A DNA stretch of 64,000 bases from a virus, in the IMG/VR virus record IMGVR_UViG_3300045988_138996, positions 64,001-128,000 of that record. One strand, written 5' to 3'. The notes under the pieces were generated by a model. It was not told the DNA's origin. It made no database searches and was given only the letters and a program-made list of their open reading frames with translations. The stretch's first letter is position 1; every line of letters starts with the position of its first letter. Both the position numbers and the translations under genes were made by a program. Shown in pieces: positions 1 to 9,034 of the stretch.

Positions 1-180
1 CTTAATAAGTCTGAACAGGAAATTGTCGATCAATTTTGTTCTGACTTAACGTATGATCATTACAAAGCATATGCATTACTAGCTAAACATGGAATTATTT
101 CTAAAGAATTTGCATGTTTAAAACTAGCAAATGTTGTCGGCGAACTTAATAAAGATTTAAATGAATTGATGGGTGAATAG
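1..180 (+). CDS. 3' end of an upstream ORF (partial, hypothetical protein)
   Basis: Frame 1 is open from base 1 to TAG at 178-180 (...GELNKDLNELMGE*). No motif recognised. Overlaps the next gene's possible GTG start. Confidence 0.5.
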   Translation, partial: LNKSEQEIVDQFCSDLTYDHYKAYALLAKHGIISKEFACLKLANVVGELNKDLNELMGE

Positions 181-622
181 TATGAGAAAATTTGAAGTAG
201 TATCACATTGTAAAAATATCGAAGTAAAACTTCCTAAACGTAAGACTAAAAAATCTGCAGGGTATGATTTTTTTGCTATCGAAGACGTCGATTTATACCC
301 TAATAAATTATACGTATTGCCAACTGGTATTAAAGTGCAAATGGAAGAAGACGAAGTATTATATCTTCATATTCGATCTTCAGCTGCATTTAAGCGCGGC
401 GTACGTATGATTAATAGTATCGGTGTCATCGATAGTGACTTCTATAACAACGAATCTAATGAAGGTGAAATTTCTTTAGGTTTATTATCTCATAATGATG
501 ATGTCGTTCATATTAGAAAAGGCGAATGCGTTGCCCAAGGCGTATTTCATAAATTTTTAATTACAGACGATGATGATGCCGACGGTGAAAGAACTGGCGG
601 TATCGGTAGTACAGGTAAATAA
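173..622 (+). CDS. dut: dUTP pyrophosphatase (trimeric dUTPase)
   Basis: Classic dUTPase motifs in order: SAGYDFF, IRSSAAF, GVIDSDFYN, and C-terminal RTGGIGSTG. The real start may be ATG at 182 rather than GTG at 173. Confidence 0.85.
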   Translation: MNSMRKFEVVSHCKNIEVKLPKRKTKKSAGYDFFAIEDVDLYPNKLYVLPTGIKVQMEEDEVLYLHIRSSAAFKRGVRMINSIGVIDSDFYNNESNEGEISLGLLSHNDDVVHIRKGECVAQGVFHKFLITDDDDADGERTGGIGSTGK

Positions 623-633
623 TATATTATGTT

Positions 634-666
634 AAGACAGTATGAATGAATACTGTCTTTTCTGTT
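634..666 (+). terminator. rho-independent terminator candidate after dut
   Basis: Inverted repeat aagacagta (634-642) / tactgtctt (651-659), followed by a T-rich tract. Confidence 0.55.
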
Positions 667-676
667 AAGGTGAATA

Positions 677-1351
677 ATGATTACGAAATTAAAAAAAGTT
701 TGTAAACGATGTGTCGAAGATTATAAAGATCTTAATATGTATAAGTTAAATATTATCTTATATTTTATGGACCGACTTCATCGTTTTAAATTAAGTGAAC
801 CATTTTTCGATGAAGAATTTATTCTTGATAGCGAAATGGGCCCGTATTTAGAATCTGTCAAAGATGCTTATGGTCAATATAATTTATATAATATCCCGAC
901 ATTTGGTGCGAATAATATCTTTGATGACGACGAAGTATTAACGTTAAATGATAGAGATGAAATTGCCAACGATGACGACGACATTAAGGATACACATGAA
1001 GTCGTTATTACTTCTTACTATGAAGAAGATGGCATTCCTCATTGGGACGAAGCCGATATGTCTTTAGATAATCAAACTGAAGAAGATATTTATGAATTCA
1101 TGAAGGCTGCTTTCGAAGCTATCGATACGACTGGCTTGATTTACTTCTATGAAACATCTAAAGATCCTGAACGCAATGTCGATGTGTTTTTATCAGATAA
1201 ATTAGCAGCATATTTAGATGTTAAGGCAAAAGGATTCCCTGAACCAGATAAATCTAAACCGTTGCCACAAGTCGAAGAAGAACATAAAGACGACGAAATC
1301 ACGGAAGAGGAAATTCTTGAACGGCTTAATAGAGCTCGTAAACCTTTGTAA
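677..1351 (+). CDS. Panacea/DUF4065-like domain protein with acidic C-terminal half
   Basis: The N-terminus (MYKLNIILYFMDRLHRFKLSEPFFDEEFILDSEMGPYLESV) fits my recollection of the DUF4065 (Panacea, SocA/GepA-like) pattern kLqKLLYy...g.plf.e.f.a...GPV...vy. The C-terminal half is D/E rich. Assigned from motif memory, not a search. Confidence 0.4.
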   Translation: MITKLKKVCKRCVEDYKDLNMYKLNIILYFMDRLHRFKLSEPFFDEEFILDSEMGPYLESVKDAYGQYNLYNIPTFGANNIFDDDEVLTLNDRDEIANDDDDIKDTHEVVITSYYEEDGIPHWDEADMSLDNQTEEDIYEFMKAAFEAIDTTGLIYFYETSKDPERNVDVFLSDKLAAYLDVKAKGFPEPDKSKPLPQVEEEHKDDEITEEEILERLNRARKPL

Positions 1352-1360
1352 TATATAAGG

Positions 1361-2053
1361 TTGAAGGAGGCTTATATGTCTGAAAAAGAATTATCAAAAA
1401 AAGAAGCCGAACTCACAAAACTGCTAGATCAATATGTCGATCGTTATAATTCTTGGGGTTATACCGAAGAAGGAAAAATGATTTACAATAAAGCCATGCA
1501 TATGTTAGCTACAGATCATGCTATCTATGCACGTATGCCAATTATATGTAAAGGCGAAAATTGTATTTATAAAAACGATCCGTTACATAAAGCAGGTGTT
1601 GTTAAGGTAGGCGAACCGTGTATTTGTGAAACTACGTTAATAGCTTCCAAATTTGCACAGTATCAACAAGAATTTAATCTTGAATCTGCGTCATATACTG
1701 ATAATGTATTAGTTCACGAATTAATTACGCTCGACCTACTTATTTCTAGAGCAATGCAATATATCAACAATCGTGATTACGAACCAGTTATCGATGTCGT
1801 TACTAATGTGACAGAGACAGGTCAAGAAATTACTCAACCTATGGTTTCTAAAGGTATCGAATTATATACGACACTTTCTAAGAAACGTGACGAAGTATTT
1901 AGTTTATTAGCTGCGACACGCAAAGATAAAATTCGTAATAATATCGACGATGTTGATCATGATGCATCGCTCCTTGCGTCGCTTAACGATCCTGACTTCT
2001 TTATTACACAAGACCAGATCGAAGCGGAGAAAGAGTCGAGGTTAAATGAATAA
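1361..2053 (+). CDS. hypothetical protein (Cys-cluster; small-terminase role possible only by position)
   Basis: Intact 230-aa ORF with the CKGENCIY...GEPCICE cysteine cluster. Coding-like composition. No confident family. Confidence 0.5.
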   Translation: MKEAYMSEKELSKKEAELTKLLDQYVDRYNSWGYTEEGKMIYNKAMHMLATDHAIYARMPIICKGENCIYKNDPLHKAGVVKVGEPCICETTLIASKFAQYQQEFNLESASYTDNVLVHELITLDLLISRAMQYINNRDYEPVIDVVTNVTETGQEITQPMVSKGIELYTTLSKKRDEVFSLLAATRKDKIRNNIDDVDHDASLLASLNDPDFFITQDQIEAEKESRLNE

Positions 2054-2562
2054 TGGGTGCAGCTGAAAAAATTATTGAAGCTACTGGAAATGCAGCTAGT
2101 AAAGCATTAAAAGGTGGAGCAGCTAACGAGTTATTACCTAATGGCGCTGTTAAAGGCTCATCTATTTTTAAAACAATTGAAAATTTTATTACTAATCCTC
2201 AAGGATCTATTCAACAAGCAGCTAATCCATTATACACTCTAGGACTAGGTGCTGCTGGTCATCAAAGCGGCATGGGTGTTGGTAATTCATTACGTTTTGC
2301 TGCAATGAATGAAACAAGTCGTAAAGCTTTTGTTGACAAATTCGGAGAAAGAAATTTTGTAGAAGAATTTGCTGATCATGAAAAAGCTGGTGCACTGCAA
2401 AAAGAATTAGATTCATTTTTTGACGAAGCTAAATACGATCATGTTCGTACAGGTATTGCTGCCGTAACATTAGGTTCGACAGCTTATCGTGTAGCATCTG
2501 GTGGCGGATTGTATCGAGATTCTGACGGCAACTTTAATATTATCGGTATTCCAGGTATTTAA
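2053..2562 (+). CDS. hypothetical Gly/Ala-rich protein
   Basis: ORF abuts the previous stop (taATG). Gly/Ala-rich and small. First of three consecutive similar-flavoured genes. Confidence 0.5.
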   Translation: MGAAEKIIEATGNAASKALKGGAANELLPNGAVKGSSIFKTIENFITNPQGSIQQAANPLYTLGLGAAGHQSGMGVGNSLRFAAMNETSRKAFVDKFGERNFVEEFADHEKAGALQKELDSFFDEAKYDHVRTGIAAVTLGSTAYRVASGGGLYRDSDGNFNIIGIPGI

Positions 2563-2565
2563 TAA

Positions 2566-3321
2566 ATGGCTGTTCCAGTATCAAGAATAACTAGAGCTCT
2601 TGGCAAAGCTAAGAAAATGGTAGCAGAAGCCAATAGCCCGACATTAGAATTAAATAGAGTAGCTGAAAATTATAAGACGGCTCTTAAAGAAGCTGATATT
2701 GAAACTTCAGCTGTTACTAATAAAATTAAAGAAAAGCCAAAAAGTACTTTTGCTGAAGAACGTAAAGTTGCTCGAGCTAAAGATGCTACTGAAAAAGCAG
2801 CTAAAGAAGCTAAAGCTGTTAATCCTAGCGAAACAAATGTCGCTAAACAAACAGATAATACTCAGCAAATAGCACAAAATCAAGTTCAAAAAAATCAAGT
2901 AGAAGTAGCCAAAGCTAATGAAGAAGTAACATCTCAAATTGATGAGACTGCTGGTTTTAATAAATATCGTCCATTTAATAGCACGATTGGTGCACTAAAG
3001 GATATGCGTCAGGATTTAATTAGAGTAAAAAATCCTAATGCTTATGAAACATATAATCGTTATGGTTTTACAGTAAAAGGCGGAGCATTAGCCGGTGGTT
3101 TATTTGTAGCTGGTGCTGTAGACAATACGATAACAGCCGGTATCGATCAAACGTCAACAAATCATATGGCGTCGTTAGGTACACTTAATCCAGTAGTAAA
3201 TCCTGTACCATCTTCTAGTATTGGTAATACACCCAATAATGCATTTGATAATATGGGCGCATCTGGCGATATTAATTTTGCTTTGAGAAAAAATAATACA
3301 TTAACTCCGGGGACACTTTAA
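2566..3321 (+). CDS. hypothetical protein (Lys/Glu-rich N-terminal half, Gly/Ala-rich C-terminal half)
   Basis: Tightly packed 251-aa ORF. Charged, coiled-coil-like N-terminal half, then a GGALAGGLFVAGAV hydrophobic segment. Confidence 0.5.
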   Translation: MAVPVSRITRALGKAKKMVAEANSPTLELNRVAENYKTALKEADIETSAVTNKIKEKPKSTFAEERKVARAKDATEKAAKEAKAVNPSETNVAKQTDNTQQIAQNQVQKNQVEVAKANEEVTSQIDETAGFNKYRPFNSTIGALKDMRQDLIRVKNPNAYETYNRYGFTVKGGALAGGLFVAGAVDNTITAGIDQTSTNHMASLGTLNPVVNPVPSSSIGNTPNNAFDNMGASGDINFALRKNNTLTPGTL

Positions 3322-3324
3322 TAG

Positions 3325-3780
3325 ATGATTAATCCAATTAAGTATGCAGGATCAATGATTAAAGGTAAAGGATCGACTGCAAGTAAAATGCTTTGGGAAA
3401 ATAAAGGTAATGCTGTAGCTACTGGTATTTTTTCAACGATGACATATAATAGTGCTCTTGACGAAGGAAAATCTAAAGGCGAAGCTTTTGGTGAAGCAGC
3501 GTTTGATGCTGCATTAAATTTAGGCTTTGGTTTTGTTCCTGGTATGTTATTACAGGGAGCTTATTATGGTGGTCCTGCGTTAGTAGGACTTGCTAATGAT
3601 TTAGCTGCTCAAGGTCGTCAAGAAGCACAACAGTCATATCGACCATTTGCTTGGACTAATCCAGTAAATTCCCAACAGTATGCAACAATGAGACAGGCAG
3701 GAATGGCCATCGCTCAGCAATCTCAATATAGTTTACAAACAACTATGATGGGTAATGAAGGTAAAGCATTCCATAAATAA
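3325..3780 (+). CDS. hypothetical small protein with hydrophobic Gly-rich core
   Basis: 151-aa ORF. The GFGFVPGMLLQGAYYGGPALVGLA segment suggests membrane or virion-internal behaviour. Confidence 0.5.
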   Translation: MINPIKYAGSMIKGKGSTASKMLWENKGNAVATGIFSTMTYNSALDEGKSKGEAFGEAAFDAALNLGFGFVPGMLLQGAYYGGPALVGLANDLAAQGRQEAQQSYRPFAWTNPVNSQQYATMRQAGMAIAQQSQYSLQTTMMGNEGKAFHK

Positions 3781-3782
3781 TT

Positions 3783-5303
3783 ATGAAATTAGAACAAGAT
3801 TATTCTGTAAAAGAACTAATGGAAATGCCGTTAGATGACCTAGTTAAATTAGATTATCCTAAGTTATCTAAAGAAGGCAAGTTAGTCGTTATTAAACGAG
3901 ATCCAGTCATGTGGGCAAAGTCGTTTGTTCAGATTTATAATATCGATTTAGACAAATATGCTCCATGGACACCACGGTGGTATCAAGCCGAGATGCTTCG
4001 TGACAGAAGTCTTCGTAAAGTATTCCGATGTGGTCGTCGTTGTGTGACTGGTAATCTCGAAATTCAAATGCCATCGACTGGTAAAATTAAAACAGTACAA
4101 GAATTATATAATTCCCAAGAAGAATTTGAAGTTCTTGCACTCGACGATAATTACCAAGTCGAAATAGCACAACATGCTAAAGTCTATGATAATGGTATTA
4201 AACCAGTATATAGGCTTATGACATCGTCTGGTCGAACTATTGACGCCACTGATAATCACCCGTTCTTAACAGAGTTAGGATGGGCAGAACTTTCTAAATT
4301 ATCTGTCGGTGAAAATATAGCTATACCAGTTAAATTAAATTATTTTGGTGATAATAGTATAGAAGAAACTGAATTAAAAATTCTAGCACGTAAACTTAAT
4401 AAAGATAAATCTACTATTAAGGAAATACCAGAAGAAGTATTTACGTTAAATCGTGAAGCCTTATCTGTGTTTGTATCAGAATTAATTCAAGATTCTTTTA
4501 ATGAAAAAGAAAAGCGCCCTGTTAATATGCTTTATATTTCTAAAAGTAAAAAGCTTGTTAAACAGTTAGCACATTTATTGTTAAGATATGGTATCGTAAC
4601 AACATTCCGACAAGAAAACGACAAGTATTCTTTAGGATTCGTTAATAGTAAAACGCATCGACGTCTAAAGAAAAAATCTCATACTTCAATGTTCGCACTA
4701 TATCATTCTTATAAATATCAACCGGTAAATGATAAACTTAATAAAGTTTTCTTATCATATTTACCAGTTAAAGAATTATCGCCATCAGATTTTAAAAAAG
4801 TAAAATTCGATAAATTATCTGTCGAAGAATACTTAAAATCTAAAACTCTAAATAAAAACGAAGCTCGTGAATTTGCCGAGCTTTTAGGATTCGAAACAAT
4901 TTCCGATATATTATATGGTGATATATATTGGGATAAAATCGTATCGATTGAATATTTAGGTGAGCAACAAACATATGATGTTTCGGTACCACACTATCGT
5001 AACTTTATTGCTAACGATATTATTTCACATAATACTGGCAAAACAGAAACGATGGTGGTCGAAGCACTCTTTAATGTGTTTACACGTAAGAATTTTATTC
5101 ATATGTTCGTAACACCATATCAATCACAAATTCGAATGATATTCGATAATATCCGTCAAAAAATTGATAGCTCTGCACTTATTAAACGAGAAGTAACACG
5201 ATCGACTACTAATCCTCATTTATTAGAATTCTCTAATGGTTCTAAGATCGTTGGATTTACTTCTGGTGCCGGATCTGGTATGAGTGCCGCATCAATTCGG
5301 GGT
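3783..5303 (+). CDS. terL: terminase large subunit, exon 1 (includes an in-frame intein at 4041..5033)
   Basis: Removing residues CVTGNLE...IISHN joins FRCGRR to TGKTETM, a Walker A loop (GRRTGKT). The exon ends ...GMSAASIRG at ggt|aac. The ORF-track tail NIASPICSVMSIC* is read-through into the intron. Confidence 0.8.
4041..5033 (+). mobile_element. intein (331 aa) in the TerL P-loop, with a degenerate DOD/LAGLIDADG-type endonuclease region
   Basis: Starts with Cys (CVTGNLEIQM, block A). Has TDNHPF (block B TxxH). Ends TYDVSVPHYRNFIANDIISHN followed by Thr+1. The middle has LAGLIDADG-like remnants (VFVSELIQDSF; SKKLVKQLAHLLLRYGI). In frame, 993 nt. Confidence 0.85.
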
Positions 5304-5709
5304 AACATTGCCAGCCCCATATGTTCAGTAATGAGCATATGCTAAACAGGAGTTAAACCGGGGAAGAACTTTAAGAGCTCGTTAAACTACAACGTAATTA
5401 GAAATGATAAGCGTGAATGTTGCGAAAGCTGAAAAAATTAACGAGATGATAATATGGTTAAATCCTAAGTTATCGTAAACAAGAGTTTGTTCCGGTAGGA
5501 ATGTCCGTATAGGACAACCTCTAACGACTATCCGATTGCGTCGGAGTACCTTTTATAATAAAGGGAAAAATACCTGGTCCCACTATGTGGGATTAACATA
5601 TAGTCTGTTCACGTTCTGTAATGGAAGTGCTATGAATTAACATAGGTTATTTAAATGATAAACATTATTAAAAAAATGCTGGCGGGCTGATTCTGGTTGG
5701 AGTGTATAT

Positions 5710-5738
5710 TTGACATTTTAAATGTAATATAGTATTAT
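5710..5738 (+). promoter_or_regulatory. sigma70-like promoter for the intron 1 endonuclease gene
   Basis: TTGACA (5710-5715), 17-nt spacer, TATTAT (5733-5738). About 40 nt upstream of ATG 5776. Confidence 0.55.
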
Positions 5739-5775
5739 AATAATATAAATATTTTATAATACGAGGTACTTTAAA

Positions 5776-6726
5776 ATGGAAGAAAAACTTCAACGAATAT
5801 TAAATCTTTTATCTGAAGGAAAAAATTCAGAACAAATTTCATTAATTGTTTTTAAGACAAAAAATTGTGTTCAATTTAATCGATTTTGTTCTGAAAATAA
5901 TATTGATTTAAAACAATATAAAGCATTCAAATATATGGATAAAGAATGGCTTTCAGAACAATTAAAAAAATATAATAACAGTCCTACTATTTTGGCTAGA
6001 GAACTTAACTTATCATTAACTTCTGTAAATCGATATGCAATAGAATTTGGATTAAGAAAACCTAAAAAATCTATTGCATCAGTAAATCCTATAAATGAAA
6101 AATATTTTGATGAAGTGGATAATTTTAAAAAAGCCTATTGGCTTGGTTTTATTATGGCTGATGGTTATACTTATAAAACTCCTAATCGTGAAAAATATGA
6201 ATTAGCGATTAAAATTAAGTCTACAGATATTGATCATTTAAAAGAATTTGCTAAGGATGTTGAATTTCCAGAAGAAAAAATTGCTATAGGCTCTGGCAAA
6301 AGAAATGGCAATATTAATTATTATTGCCAATTAAGAACATATAATACACATTTAGTGACAACTGTTATGCATAAGCATAAAATTGTTCAAAATAAAACTT
6401 ATGTGCAATGTTTACCAGACAGTATTCCAAAAGAATATATCTCTGATTTTATTAGAGGATATTGGGATGGTAATGGCACTCTTAAAAAAGCCGGTTGGTC
6501 TGCATGTACAATGTCTTATCAATTAATAGAATCTTTTGTTAAATATTTTGATGAAAATAATATTGAATATACTTTAAGAAAAGAATTATGTAAAAGTGGG
6601 AACTATTTACATCTAATAAGAATAAGAAGTAAATCACATGATACTTTTGTTAAATTAATTTATCCTCCAGAAAAATATGCTTTAAAAAGAAAATATGATT
6701 TAATATATACGAGTCCACAGAATTAA
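5776..6726 (+). CDS. LAGLIDADG homing endonuclease with N-terminal tandem HTH modules (intron-encoded)
   Basis: Two LAGLIDADG motifs (YWLGFIMADGY; DFIRGYWDGNGT). Two N-terminal HTH-like repeats (NSEQISLIVFKTKNCV...; SPTILARELNLSLTSVNRYAIEFGL). Visibly more AT-rich than the flanking exons. Confidence 0.85.
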   Translation: MEEKLQRILNLLSEGKNSEQISLIVFKTKNCVQFNRFCSENNIDLKQYKAFKYMDKEWLSEQLKKYNNSPTILARELNLSLTSVNRYAIEFGLRKPKKSIASVNPINEKYFDEVDNFKKAYWLGFIMADGYTYKTPNREKYELAIKIKSTDIDHLKEFAKDVEFPEEKIAIGSGKRNGNINYYCQLRTYNTHLVTTVMHKHKIVQNKTYVQCLPDSIPKEYISDFIRGYWDGNGTLKKAGWSACTMSYQLIESFVKYFDENNIEYTLRKELCKSGNYLHLIRIRSKSHDTFVKLIYPPEKYALKRKYDLIYTSPQN

Positions 6727-7024
6727 TTTCTGTGAATATAACTTAATTGCTGGGAACCCCTTAGAGCTTTTGATACCGAAGTGTAACAATTCAAAAGATT
6801 GGGCAATCAGCAGCGAAATCTTATTTTTTTAAATAAGATACGTTCAACGACTATCCCTTGGCTACCGCGTTAAAAATTAGCAATAGGAGTACGGCCTAAG
6901 TAGGCGGGTGAAATTCCCTTAATTGGAAATGGTTATCTTTAATTTAATTAAAGAAGATATAGTCTGGCCTAGTATGAAAATACTAGAAGGATTTAACGGT
7001 AACGGTTAAATTCATAACAAAGCG

Positions 7025-7184
7025 TGGATCTCTCTCGATGAAATGGATTATCTCGGCGAAGGTGACTTCGATACGATTTATGCGTTGTGTATGGAACGTG
7101 ATACGATCGGTATGACATGTTCTTCTACACCGACTGGTCGTAGATCGAAATTTTTCGATATATGTACCAAGAAGGAACTCGGGT
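7025..7184 (+). CDS. terL: terminase large subunit, exon 2
   Basis: Encodes WISLDEMDYLGEGDFDTIYALCMERDTIGMTCSSTPTGRRSKFFDICTKKELG, i.e. Walker B (LDE) and an SST coupling-motif-like segment. No start codon or RBS of its own. The 3' boundary is uncertain (7179-7190). Confidence 0.7.
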
Positions 7185-7209
7185 TAAAATAAATAAATTA
7201 GGTTTTTTA

Positions 7210-7238
7210 TAGCAATTCCATCCAATATATGGTAATAT
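7210..7238 (+). promoter_or_regulatory. extended -10 promoter candidate for the intron 2 endonuclease gene
   Basis: TAGCAA (7210-7215), then TGgTAATAT (TG at 7230-7231, -10 hexamer at 7233-7238). About 45 nt upstream of ATG 7284. Confidence 0.4.
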
Positions 7239-7283
7239 ATAATTGTAGTTATTTTACATATATTAATAAAAGGAATTGTTACT

Positions 7284-8387
7284 ATGATTAATGAAGATGA
7301 ATTGAGAAGTAAATTAGAAGAAAAATCTGTAGCTCAAATAGCTAAAGATTATAATTGTTCAGAAAATACGATTAGAAGAGCAATGAAGAAGTTTGGATTA
7401 ATAAAAACTTCAAAGAAACCATATCAAAATAAAGAAATATTATTAGATATGTTGCAGACAAAAACAGTTCAAGAAATTGCAGATTATTTTAATGTTGATA
7501 ATCATACTATTTCTAGATGGATCAATAAAAATAATATATCTTTTAATGATAAAAAACTTTATAGAAATAAAGCTTGGCTTGAACAAAAATTAAAAGAATT
7601 TAATGGTTCTTTATCTGCTATATCTAAAGAAACAGGATATAAAAAAGACACAATGCTTGAATGGTGTTATAAGTTTAATTTAAAACACACACCTGATTTT
7701 AATAAAAAATATAATTTAAATATTGATTATTTTAAAAATATTGATTCTGAAATAAAAGCATATTATCTTGGTTTTGGTATGGCTGACTTTGGAATTAGCA
7801 AAGATTGTTATTCTTTTGAATTTAGATTAAAAAAAGATGATAAATATATTATTGAAAAATTAGCAAAAGAATTAAATTATACTGCTGATTTGTATCATTT
7901 TAAAGACAGTATTCGAGAAGGATATTCATTAAGAATTTCTTCAAAAGAAATATGTAAAGATTTAATTTATCATGGAATTGTTCCAAATAAGTCAGGAAAA
8001 GAAGTTTTGCCAAATACTGTTTCAAAAGAATTAATAAAACACTTTATTCGAGGTTTTATTGATGGAGATGGATATATTGGTGGTATAAAAGATAAAACTC
8101 TTGCTATTTGTAGTATGTCTTATAATATATTGTTATCAATTAAATTATTTTTAGAAAAAGAATTAAATATAAAAAAATATAAAATTAAACCAACATTAAA
8201 AGAAAGTGGAAATATTCTATATTATTATAATATATATGGTGATTCTTTTATTAAAGTTCTTGATTATTTATATAAAGATTCAACAATATATTTAATTAGA
8301 AAACATGATAATTATTTAATTCATTTGAATAAAGATATTAATCGTAAAAATAAAAAACTTAACAAGGCTCCATTATTAAGTAATTAA
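7284..8387 (+). CDS. LAGLIDADG homing endonuclease with three N-terminal HTH repeats (intron-encoded)
   Basis: LAGLIDADG motifs YYLGFGMADFG and HFIRGFIDGDGY. Three HTH-like repeats (SVAQIAKDYNCSENTIRRAMKKFGL; TVQEIADYFNVDNHTISRWINKNNI; SLSAISKETGYKKDTMLEWCYKFNL). Confidence 0.85.
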   Translation: MINEDELRSKLEEKSVAQIAKDYNCSENTIRRAMKKFGLIKTSKKPYQNKEILLDMLQTKTVQEIADYFNVDNHTISRWINKNNISFNDKKLYRNKAWLEQKLKEFNGSLSAISKETGYKKDTMLEWCYKFNLKHTPDFNKKYNLNIDYFKNIDSEIKAYYLGFGMADFGISKDCYSFEFRLKKDDKYIIEKLAKELNYTADLYHFKDSIREGYSLRISSKEICKDLIYHGIVPNKSGKEVLPNTVSKELIKHFIRGFIDGDGYIGGIKDKTLAICSMSYNILLSIKLFLEKELNIKKYKIKPTLKESGNILYYYNIYGDSFIKVLDYLYKDSTIYLIRKHDNYLIHLNKDINRKNKKLNKAPLLSN

Positions 8388-8606
8388 TAATTGCAAATCT
8401 TTTGAACTGCTGGAACGTCCGTTAGGAAGATCAGCAGCGAAATCTTTAATTTTTTAAAGAAACGTTCAACGACTATCCTCGTGGTGAGGAGTAGGGTCAA
8501 GCGACTCGAAGCGGAAGATATCCTTTTAATAGGATAAAGATATAGTCTGAGCTATGTAGCAATACATAGAAGGTTGTAAGTAGCGATTACAATCGTAACA
8601 AAACTG

Positions 8607-8928
8607 TCCAAGAGCATTATCACCCGACTCAACATAACCCCATGTGGTCGGATGCGATGGAAGAAGAATTTAGAAATACATACGATAAAAACGCATATGA
8701 TCACGAAGTATTGGCAGAGTTTGGTGTCGAAGAAGCCGGCGTATTCGATAAAGATAAAGTCGAAGAAGCGACACAAATCGACAACTATGCTTATTTCGAT
8801 CGAGATAAATATAAACCTGTTCGTTCTATGATGGATGATAGTAATGTAAAAGAAATACATATACTACCAGAAGGACGAACTACATATTATCCTAATGTAT
8901 TTAGATGTATGGGTGTGGATTGGGATTT
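8607..8928 (+). CDS. terL: terminase large subunit, exon 3
   Basis: Encodes ...FQEHYHPTQHNPMWSDAMEEEFRNTYDKNAYDHEVLAEFGVEEAGVF...RCMGVDWD, the start of the nuclease domain (GVD). The ATG at 8642 is internal. Both boundaries are approximate (start 8581-8607, end 8926-8929). Confidence 0.65.
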
Positions 8929-8958
8929 TAGGATCATTGGAGTTGATCGGAAAGTTTT

Positions 8959-8987
8959 TTGACAGATCTTTATTTTTGTTGTAATAT
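8959..8987 (+). promoter_or_regulatory. sigma70-like promoter for the intron 3 endonuclease gene
   Basis: TTGACA (8959-8964), 17-nt spacer, TAATAT (8982-8987). ATG at 9035. Confidence 0.55.
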
Positions 8988-9034
8988 AATAGTATAATAA
9001 ATTAATATTTTATTTTTAAATAATAGGAATTATT

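Larger units (their letters stand above)
5304..7024 (+). mobile_element. group I intron 1 of terL (1721 nt), composite with two core-like regions plus a homing endonuclease gene
   Basis: Guide ccagcccc (5311-5318) pairs with the exon 1 end ggggt (5299-5303, G-U at the splice site) and with tgg (7025-7027). Downstream core: P aattgctgggaa 6745-6756, Q aatcagcagcg 6805-6815, R gttcaacgactatcc 6842-6856, S aagatatagtct 6954-6965. The last intron base is G (7024). A second R-like (5518-5533) and S-like (5595-5606) pair lies upstream of the ORF. Confidence 0.8.
7185..8606 (+). mobile_element. group I intron 2 of terL with homing endonuclease gene
   Basis: Core lies downstream of the ORF: P gaactgctggaacg 8404-8417, Q gatcagcagcg 8429-8439, R gttcaacgactatcc 8464-8478, S aagatatagtct 8537-8548. 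The 3' tail tcgtaacaaaactg resembles the intron 1 tail tcataacaaagcg. The boundaries are the in-frame choice giving ...KKELG|FQEHYHP...; I could not find a convincing P1, so they are approximate. Confidence 0.7.

Noticed and set aside
1361-2053. Calling ORF 1361..2053 the small terminase subunit.
   Set aside because: Only weak positional logic supports it, since three genes separate it from TerL, and I recognise no motif. It is kept as hypothetical.
5304-5345. C-terminal tails of track ORFs that run past splice sites (5304..5345, 7185..7192, 8929..8962, 10422..10445, 27127..27159, 28178..28192).
   Set aside because: These are read-through into intron sequence until the first chance stop. The adjacent exon continues the homologous protein only after intron removal.
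5346-5775. Looked for tRNA or other RNA genes in the larger non-coding stretches (5346..5775, 6727..7283, 8388..8641, 10010..10235, 28191..28589).
   Set aside because: No cloverleaf with a T-loop GTTCGAATC-type motif was seen by eye. The gttcaacga strings are the intron R element, and the stretches are fully explained as intron RNA. A tRNAscan run would be the formal check.
8642-8962. Treating 8642..8962, 10236..10445, 10683..11264 and 29811..30131 as independent small genes starting at their first ATG/GTG.
   Set aside because: Their frames are open upstream of the listed start and they lack RBSs. Their sequences are colinear continuations of TerL or of the tube paralogue.
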